Shown here piece by piece: positions 57,422-64,000 of a stretch of 64,000 nt of DNA. The stretch spans positions 16,945 to 80,944 of the forward strand of contig CAZMHN010000001.1 of the NCBI GenBank assembly GCA_964566145.1, written 5' to 3'. Made by a program: the position numbers and the translations under genes. Position 1 is the stretch's first letter, and each line of letters begins with the position of its first letter. This stretch comes from an uncultured Gammaproteobacteria bacterium (GTDB taxonomy: Bacteria > Patescibacteriota > Patescibacteriia > Veblenbacterales > UBA10138). Below the pieces are notes generated by a model that did not search any database, was not told the origin of the DNA, and saw nothing but the letters and a program-made list of their open reading frames with translations.

Positions 57422-60282
57422 GAAACCACGAAATTCACCAATCTTCCCGGAACATACACTGTCCGCACGGTCTGCTTGCCAGCTATGTGCCTGGTTACTC
57501 CTGCTTCCGCTCGCGCCGCTGTAACCACCTCGCTCTCGGAAGCGCCGGACGGTACCTGCACCGAACCCCTGACCTTGCCGTTCACCTGCACGGTCACGGT
57601 CACTGAATCCTCCTTGAGTGCGGCTTCGTCATAGTCTGGCCAACCTTGCTCCCACACCTGTCCGCCGAATTTCAATCGCCCCCACAGTTCGCTCGTAACG
57701 TGCGGCGCGAACGGATACAGAAGCAACAGCAGTTTGCGGTAGGCCTCCGCTTTCGCCTGCATCTTAACCTCGCGCATTTGCGAGAGCGCATTGGTGAGTT
57801 CCATCATGGAAGCTATTGACGTATTCAAATTCAATTGCTCAATGCCCTCCGTTACTTTCTTTGTTACGCGCGCCGTTTCGCGCGACAGGAACTTAGCCTG
57901 TTCCGGAGAGCCGGCTCCCCCGCCTTCCATAATGGTCTCTGACAAAAACCAGACCCTTTCCAAGAACCTGCGCACGCCGATGATGGAAGACGTGTTCCAC
58001 GGCTTGGCGTCTTCCAATGGCCCCATGAACATTTCGTACAGCCTTAGTGTGTCGGCGCCGTGCTCTTTCACGATTTCATCCGGGTTCACCACATTGCCGC
58101 GGGACTTGGACATCTTCTGCCCGTCCTCGCCCAGAATAAGCCCCTGGTTCCTGAGTTTCAGGAACGGCTCTCCGAACTCCACATACTTAGCGTCTTGCAA
58201 AAACTTGGTAAAGAACCTGGCATATAAAAGGTGTAACACCGCGTGCTCGGCCCCACCCACGTACAGGTTCACGGGACACCACGAGCTCACTTTTTTCTTA
58301 TCGAACGCTTCCTGCTCGTTCTTCGGGTCGCAGTACCTAAGGAAGTACCAGGAAGAATCCACGAACGTGTCCATGGTGTCGCTTTCCCGCCGCGCGGCCT
58401 TGCCGCACGTGGGGCACGTCACATTGTGGAAAATCTTTGAACGCTGAAGCGGTGATTCGCCCTGCGGCCTGAAATCCACGTCCTCGGGCAACGCCACGGG
58501 TAAATCTTTTTCCCGGACCGGCACTTCGCCGCACGTTTCACAGTAGATGATAGGTATGGGGGCTCCCCAGTACCTCTGGCGCGAAATTAGCCAATCACGC
58601 AGACGGTATTGGGTCTTAAGCTCAGCACCTATATATTTGGCGATGGCCGGAATGGCCGCGGCCGAATCCATGCCAGAGAACTTACCCGATTGCGCCAAAA
58701 TGCCCTCACCTGTATAAAAGGTTTCTCCGTTCTGCAACACTGACCACAAGTACCGATGCGGTTCCGGTAGCTTGAACCTATTCATCTCTTCTTGGGTAAG
58801 CCACACTACGTCATGCATCTCACCCTCGCCTTGCGCAAGGTCCTGGCGAGCGTCATTTTCAAGCTGAAAGAAAAAGTTATGGAAGTGCGCAAAGCGATTC
58901 TCATTCTTCGGCACATGAAAGAACCTGCTGTGTTCCATGCCGAATGTTTGCACCAGTTTGGGATTGAGGTATCCGGTCTCCTCTATTATCTCCGCCTTGG
59001 CCGCCTGCTCAGGTGTTTGGCCTGCTTCCACTCCGCCGGTTATAAACGTGTCCCAATCCACTTTCTTCCATTTGAGCCCTATGTACTTATCCTCTGACCA
59101 ATGTTTGACGATGGCGGTGATGGCCTGACGCTCAACGAAAGGCAAGCCCTGACGCACCGCGCCCGGTTCGGTCTTCTGGACAAAACAAGGCTCAATCACC
59201 TGGCGTATGGCCAATCCGAACTTTTTGGCGAACTCGAAATCCCTTTCGTCGTGCGCCGGCACGGCCATGATGGCGCCGGTGCCGTACGAAGTGAGAACGT
59301 AATCAGCGATGAACACCGGGACATGCTCATGGTTGGCTGGGTTCACGGCTTCTACCCCTTCGAGCCTGACGCCTGTCTTGCTCTTTTCCTCGACTTTGCG
59401 CTCGAGCTCGGTTTTCTTCTCCGATTGCTCCGCGTACGCCTGCACCTCCGGCCAGTTGGTTATTTTGTCCTTCAGCTTACGAACCAACTCGTGCTCCGGC
59501 GCCAGCACCATGTAGGTGGCGCCGAAAATAGTATCCAGGCGCGTGGTGAAGATACGCACCTTGTGCTCGCTACCCGCGATTGGGAAATCCACTTCGGCGC
59601 CCTCGCTCTTCCCGATCCAGTTCGCCTGCATGTCCATGATGGGCTTGGGCCAGTCCAGTCCCTTGAGCTCATCCAGCAAACGCTCGGCGTAGGCCGTGGT
59701 CTTGAAGAACCACTGTTTCATGTTCCGCTGTTCCACATTGCTGTGACAGCGCTCGCATTCCCCGTTCACCACCTGTTCGTTCGCCAGCACTGTCTGGCAC
59801 GAAGGACACCAATTGACCGGCGCTTCTTTGCGATAGGCCAAGCCCTTCTCATACAGTTTCAGGAAAAGCCATTGCGTCCAGCGGTAGTACGCCGGGTCAG
59901 CCGTATTCACCTCCCTGGACCAATCATAGGAAAACCCCAGCGATTGTATCTGCCTGCGGAAGTTGTCTATGTTCTCCCAGGTGACCTCCTTGGGGTGGCG
60001 TCCGGTCTTGATGGCATAGTTCTCGGCCGGGAGCCCGAACGCGTCCCACCCCATGGGGTGGAGCACGTTCACGCCCTTCATCCGGAGGTAGCGGCAGTAG
60101 ATGTCGGTCGCAGTGTAGCCTTCGGGGTGCCCCACGTGCAAACCCTGGGCCGAAGGGTACGGGAACATGTCGAGCACGTACGCCCGCTCACCTTTGGCCT
60201 TGTCGTCTGCCGCGAACGTGACGCTGTTACGCCAGTATTCCTGCCACTTCCACTCTAACTTTTTATGATCGTATGGTTCCAT
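57418..60282 (-). CDS. leuS: Leucyl-tRNA synthetase carrying an inserted Nudix-like domain within the CP1/editing region.
   Basis: HVGHPEGY (HIGH motif). TTRLDTIFGATY and VPAHDERDFEFA editing motifs. YRLRDWLISRQRYWG. KMSKS. 954 aa. Confidence 0.95.
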   Translation of the reverse strand: MEPYDHKKLEWKWQEYWRNSVTFAADDKAKGERAYVLDMFPYPSAQGLHVGHPEGYTATDIYCRYLRMKGVNVLHPMGWDAFGLPAENYAIKTGRHPKEVTWENIDNFRRQIQSLGFSYDWSREVNTADPAYYRWTQWLFLKLYEKGLAYRKEAPVNWCPSCQTVLANEQVVNGECERCHSNVEQRNMKQWFFKTTAYAERLLDELKGLDWPKPIMDMQANWIGKSEGAEVDFPIAGSEHKVRIFTTRLDTIFGATYMVLAPEHELVRKLKDKITNWPEVQAYAEQSEKKTELERKVEEKSKTGVRLEGVEAVNPANHEHVPVFIADYVLTSYGTGAIMAVPAHDERDFEFAKKFGLAIRQVIEPCFVQKTEPGAVRQGLPFVERQAITAIVKHWSEDKYIGLKWKKVDWDTFITGGVEAGQTPEQAAKAEIIEETGYLNPKLVQTFGMEHSRFFHVPKNENRFAHFHNFFFQLENDARQDLAQGEGEMHDVVWLTQEEMNRFKLPEPHRYLWSVLQNGETFYTGEGILAQSGKFSGMDSAAAIPAIAKYIGAELKTQYRLRDWLISRQRYWGAPIPIIYCETCGEVPVREKDLPVALPEDVDFRPQGESPLQRSKIFHNVTCPTCGKAARRESDTMDTFVDSSWYFLRYCDPKNEQEAFDKKKVSSWCPVNLYVGGAEHAVLHLLYARFFTKFLQDAKYVEFGEPFLKLRNQGLILGEDGQKMSKSRGNVVNPDEIVKEHGADTLRLYEMFMGPLEDAKPWNTSSIIGVRRFLERVWFLSETIMEGGGAGSPEQAKFLSRETARVTKKVTEGIEQLNLNTSIASMMELTNALSQMREVKMQAKAEAYRKLLLLLYPFAPHVTSELWGRLKFGGQVWEQGWPDYDEAALKEDSVTVTVQVNGKVRGSVQVPSGASESEVVTAARAEAGVTRHIAGKQTVRTVYVPGRLVNFVVS

Positions 60283-60424
60283 AGGTACGAAAAATCGGGG
60301 CTACTCCCCTCCCCGTATGCTAGCACCGACGGTATACTTACTACAACCGCTTAGGACGATTGACCATGACACCTGTGAATGGTAGCCTTAGAAACGCTTT
60401 TCTGATGCCGGAAGGCCGCGTGAC

Positions 60425-61762
60425 TTGAAGCTCGAACGCATAAGAAACCAGACTATTCGCAAACCGCTTCCCATTCCTTTGGTACGCCTATTGCTCGCCG
60501 CCGTACGCGGCGGCAAATGGCTGTGGTCGCGGGTTACCCTGACGGGAGGCCTGGCGGGACGCTTACTGGCGCCCGTTGCCGGCCTGTTCTTCCATGTATT
60601 CGTCGTCCGCCCCTACGGCGTATACGTACGCATGCGCCGAGGTGTGCAACACCTTGCGGGCACTACTTCGGCGTCGCAACTCTTGAGGCACCACCAGAGC
60701 ATCTTGTACCTGGTGGTGGCCGCGGCCGCCGTTGTCAGCCTGAACAGCTGGCGCGTCAGTCAGGCCGCGGCCGAGGACTTCGGCCAGCACAACCTGCTCT
60801 TCCCGCTTATCAAGCAGGACTTCGAACTTCTGGTTACCGAAAGCGGCTCCTATCTCCCGCCTGACGGAACTACGGACACGACCGGAACGACCCAGGACGA
60901 AGCGGCCGAGACCCTGCCCACGACCGTGCCGGTCACCGTGGCGAGCGGCGGTGCCTCGGTCTTGAAGCCGTACCTAGTCACCTCGCTTCCGGGCACGGCG
61001 GCCAGAACGCGAGTGGAAACGTACCGGGTGGAATCCGGAGATACCGTAACCGGCATCGCCCAGCGCTTCGGACTGAACATCACCACCATCTTGTGGGCCA
61101 ACAACCTGTCAGCTTACAGCCTCCTGCGCATTGGACAGGAACTGGCCATACCGCCGGTCAACGGAGTTCTGCACAAGATCGCGAAGGGCGATACGGTGAA
61201 CAAGATAGCCTCGCGCTACCGGGCTAATACCGCGGACATACTTGCCTTCAACCAGGTAGACGAGGCTGACGAACTCAAGGTGGGCGATCAGCTGGTAGTG
61301 CCGGGCGGCAGGCCGCCCGCGGCTGTGCCGACTCCGCGGCCGTCAACGTCGGGCACCCCATCTGCGCCGGACACGCGCGGCCCGGCCTTCGCCGGAGGCA
61401 AGCTCCTGTGGCCCACGGCCGCCAAACGCATCACCCAGTACTACACCTGGCGCCACACCGGCGTCGATATCGCCGACAAGACCGGTACGCCTATCTACGC
61501 CGCCGAAGACGGAGTGGTGGCCAAAGCCATGGGCTCCGGATACAACGGCGGTTACGGCAAATACGTTATTATCGACCACGGCAACGGACTGACCACGCTC
61601 TACGGCCACGCGTCCAAGCTCTACGTTTCGGTCGGCGACCGGGTGGAGCGCGGCCAGCAGATAGCCGACATCGGAAACACGGGCCGCTCCACCGGGCCGC
61701 ACCTGCACTTCGAGGTGCGCATAAGCAGCCGCCGCGTAAACCCCCTGAGCTACATCCGCTAA
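60425..61762 (+). CDS. LysM-domain M23 family metallopeptidase.
   Basis: Two LysM repeats (YRVESGDTVTGIAQRFG and HKIAKGDTVNKIASRY). M23 motifs HTGVDIA and HGNGLTTLYGH...GPHLHFEV. Confidence 0.9.
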   Translation: MKLERIRNQTIRKPLPIPLVRLLLAAVRGGKWLWSRVTLTGGLAGRLLAPVAGLFFHVFVVRPYGVYVRMRRGVQHLAGTTSASQLLRHHQSILYLVVAAAAVVSLNSWRVSQAAAEDFGQHNLLFPLIKQDFELLVTESGSYLPPDGTTDTTGTTQDEAAETLPTTVPVTVASGGASVLKPYLVTSLPGTAARTRVETYRVESGDTVTGIAQRFGLNITTILWANNLSAYSLLRIGQELAIPPVNGVLHKIAKGDTVNKIASRYRANTADILAFNQVDEADELKVGDQLVVPGGRPPAAVPTPRPSTSGTPSAPDTRGPAFAGGKLLWPTAAKRITQYYTWRHTGVDIADKTGTPIYAAEDGVVAKAMGSGYNGGYGKYVIIDHGNGLTTLYGHASKLYVSVGDRVERGQQIADIGNTGRSTGPHLHFEVRISSRRVNPLSYIR

Positions 61763-63276
61763 CCCTCGCTTACGCGCGGCCGGTATTGGAGCGCTTCAGC
61801 CACGTGCGTAACAATGACGTCATCCGCACCTGCTAGATCGGCTATGGTGCGCGCGATTTTCAGTACGCGGTGGTACACGCGCGCGGACAAATGGTACTGG
61901 TTCACGGCCTGGCGCAACAGCTCCGTGGCGGCCTCGGGCAGTACCACGTGGCTCTTGAGGTCCAGTGCGTGCATGGCCGCGTTGAGGCGCGGCCCGCCGA
62001 ACCGCGAGCGCTGACGTTCCCGAGCCGCCACTACCCGCTCCCGTACGGCGCCGGAAGGCTCGCCTCCTGAACCCTGCAACTTCTCGAACGGCAGACGGGG
62101 AACGTGCACATGCAGATCGAAACGATCGAGGAGCGGACCCGAAAGCTTGCGCTGATATCTGTACACCATGCCGGGGGTGCAAGTACAAGGACGCACCGGG
62201 TCGCCGGCAAATCCGCACGGGCACGGGTTCATAGCGCCCACCAGTATGAACCGCGCCGGATAGGAAAGCGTGGCCGCCGCACGGGCCACCGTGATGACGC
62301 CGTCCTCCAGCGGCTGACGCAGGCTTTCCAGAACCCCGCGCGGAAATTCTGCCAGCTCATCCATGAACAGAACTCCCCGGTGCGCCAGGCTGATTTCCCC
62401 CGGCCGCGGATTCGAACCTCCGCCCACGAGCGAAACCTCGGAAGCAGTATGGTGCGGGGAACGGAACGGACGCTCCCGCACCAAGGGCTGTTCGGACGAA
62501 AGCAGTCCGGCGACGCTGTAGAGCTCGGTTACTTCCAACACTTCATCCCGCGACAACGAAGGCAGCAACGAAGCCAATGCGCGGGCCAGCAGCGTCTTAC
62601 CGCTCCCCGGCGGACCGGACATAAGCAGGTTATGACCGCCGGCGGCCGCTATCTCAAGCGCGCGCTTGGCATGCTCCTGGCCTTGGATGTGTGCAAGGTC
62701 ATGTTCGGGCATGCCCACCCCCGCTTCCGGCAACGGCGTAGCCGACACGGGCGTCAGAGGGATGCGGCCTGTCAAGTGTTCAAGGAGCTCTTTCAGATCA
62801 TGAGGCGCGTACACCGAAAGGCCTTCGACCAGCGCCGCTTCGGCCGCATTGTCATTAGGCACGTAGAGCTCCCGGAATCCCAAGCGCCTGGCCGCACGGG
62901 CCGCCACTAGCACGCCCGGCACCGGCCGCAAGCTTCCTTCAAGCGAAAGCTCGCCCAAAAACAATGCCTTGGACCAATCGGCGGGCGAACGCAGCTGCCG
63001 GCTGGCCAAAAGCAGTGCCAGGGCTATGGGCAGGTCGTAAGCCGAGCCCTCTTTCTTGAGATCGGCCGGCGCCAGATTCACTGTAACCTTGGTGCGCGGA
63101 AACTCACAATCAGAGTTTTTGAGGGCGGCGCGCACGCGCTCCCTGGCCTCTTCCACGGCCTTATCCGGAAGCCCAACGATGAATATGCCCGGCAACTGCG
63201 AAGATACGTCGGCCTCAACCTCGATGGGAATACCATGAAGGCCGAACACGCCGCACGTCATGACCTTGGCAGACAT
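61759..63276 (-). CDS. comM: Mg-chelatase-like AAA+ ATPase YifB/ComM.
   Basis: N-terminal Lon-like domain, then Walker A LMSGPPGSGKT and Walker B LFMDEL, then a C-terminal ChlI-like zinc ribbon. Start taken at the internal Met. Confidence 0.9.
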   Translation of the reverse strand: MSAKVMTCGVFGLHGIPIEVEADVSSQLPGIFIVGLPDKAVEEARERVRAALKNSDCEFPRTKVTVNLAPADLKKEGSAYDLPIALALLLASRQLRSPADWSKALFLGELSLEGSLRPVPGVLVAARAARRLGFRELYVPNDNAAEAALVEGLSVYAPHDLKELLEHLTGRIPLTPVSATPLPEAGVGMPEHDLAHIQGQEHAKRALEIAAAGGHNLLMSGPPGSGKTLLARALASLLPSLSRDEVLEVTELYSVAGLLSSEQPLVRERPFRSPHHTASEVSLVGGGSNPRPGEISLAHRGVLFMDELAEFPRGVLESLRQPLEDGVITVARAAATLSYPARFILVGAMNPCPCGFAGDPVRPCTCTPGMVYRYQRKLSGPLLDRFDLHVHVPRLPFEKLQGSGGEPSGAVRERVVAARERQRSRFGGPRLNAAMHALDLKSHVVLPEAATELLRQAVNQYHLSARVYHRVLKIARTIADLAGADDVIVTHVAEALQYRPRVSEG

Positions 63277-63326
63277 ACCAATACAAACCCCTCGCTCTGA
63301 ATTGTACTCGCGGCCGCGGATATCCG

Positions 63327-63760
63327 CTATGGCCGGCCTGGGCGCCGCGAAGCCGCCCAGGCGACCGCTACACCGATCAACAGGTACGCGTCCGCCAGAT
63401 TGAAGGTGAGCCCGCCTGCGAAATAGAACACGTCCGCGACGCCGCCGCGCCACAGCCGGTCGAGCAGATTGCTAACGCCGCCCACGAACATGAGTGCAAG
63501 GCCGAAGGCAACGGCCGGATTGCCGCGCTCCCAGCTCCGTAAGATCAGATGCACGATGAGCGCGGCGGCGACAACCCCCGCCGCAAGCAGCAGCGCAGGC
63601 GGGAACGGGAGGCTGAACGGACCTTGTGCGTTCAGATGATACGACAAAGAAAACCATCCGGAATCCGGAGATGCCTGGCGCACGTACCACTTGAGCGCGC
63701 GGTCCAGCACGAACAACGCGACAGGAATCGCGCCGTACCGCCACGCCTGAATTCGGCCTA
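63327..63760 (-). CDS. lspA: Lipoprotein signal peptidase II. Start is approximate.
   Basis: Conserved LspA blocks GGVSNLLDRL and GLTFNLADAYLLIG. The open frame continues upstream but overlaps the zinc-finger gene. Confidence 0.8.
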
Positions 63761-64000
63761 AGCCCGCTGAAGCCGCTCCGTCTTGCACTTCACGCACGAG
63801 CTGGACTCCGGGCGCGCTCGCAGACGCCGCTTGTCTATTTCCTCGCCGCAGTACCGGCACACGCCGTACGTTCCCTTGGCTATCCGCTCCAGGGACTTGT
63901 TCACGTCGTCGAGCGTACCCTCAAGCGTATGCTCCAGCGCCAGGTTGTCGGTGAAGGTTGCGACCTCGGTGGCGTTGTCGTCTTCTTTGTCCCCGAACTC
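63758..64000 (-). CDS. DksA/TraR-family C4 zinc-finger protein; C-terminal part only. The 5' end lies beyond the window.
   Basis: Minus-strand frame ending at the TAG at 63758: ...GVCRYCGEEIDKRRLRARPESSSCVKCKTE, i.e. CxxC-N17-CxxC. Confidence 0.65.
   Translation of the reverse strand, partial: EFGDKEDDNATEVATFTDNLALEHTLEGTLDDVNKSLERIAKGTYGVCRYCGEEIDKRRLRARPESSSCVKCKTERLQRA

Noticed and set aside
60283-60424. Looked for a T-box leader upstream of leuS, and likewise upstream of trpS at 17981-17998.
   Set aside because: No T-box consensus or specifier/antiterminator architecture is recognisable. The trpS gap is only 18 nt.

Overview
This is a 64-kb GC-rich window (roughly 60% by eye), gene-dense, with the organisation of a monoderm-type bacterium. 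Small-genome hallmarks (very tight packing, a standalone family-5 solute-binding protein, a PrgI-type T4SS component, RNase J) suggest a Patescibacteria/CPR-like lineage, but this is inference only.

Housekeeping backbone, in order: ppsA (5' part runs off the window), a small membrane protein, a CIRCE-regulated groES-groEL operon, an O-antigen-ligase-like protein, uvrA, uvrC, a UvrD/PcrA helicase, secG, an SBP_bac_5 protein, tRNA-Leu(CAG), RNase J, trpS, a D-2-hydroxyacid dehydrogenase, murI, a phosphohexomutase, a secreted bactofilin-repeat protein, glyA, folD, tRNA-Arg, recG and radA. On the far side of the locus: rsmA/ksgA, an MFS transporter, tsaC/yrdC, leuS, a LysM-M23 peptidase, comM/yifB, lspA and a partial DksA/TraR zinc-finger gene.

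Between radA and ksgA (about 30.4-54.6 kb) lies a co-directional, almost gap-free envelope locus that is the likely novel system. It is a minimal type-IV-secretion-like apparatus: a VirB4 ATPase split into an N-domain ORF and an ATPase ORF, a PrgI/VirB3-like protein, and a VirB6/TrbL-like polytopic protein with a long coiled-coil tail. No VirD4, relaxase or integrase is present. The locus also carries two paralogous secreted proteins that share a near-identical pilin-like two-helix hairpin, one of them fused to an M15/VanY peptidoglycan peptidase. Alongside sit a DsbA-like thiol-disulfide oxidoreductase, a TolB-like beta-propeller and a 2826-aa secreted cysteine-rich giant protein with CBM-like domains.

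A separate unusual feature is a Nudix-hydrolase-like domain inserted inside leucyl-tRNA synthetase.
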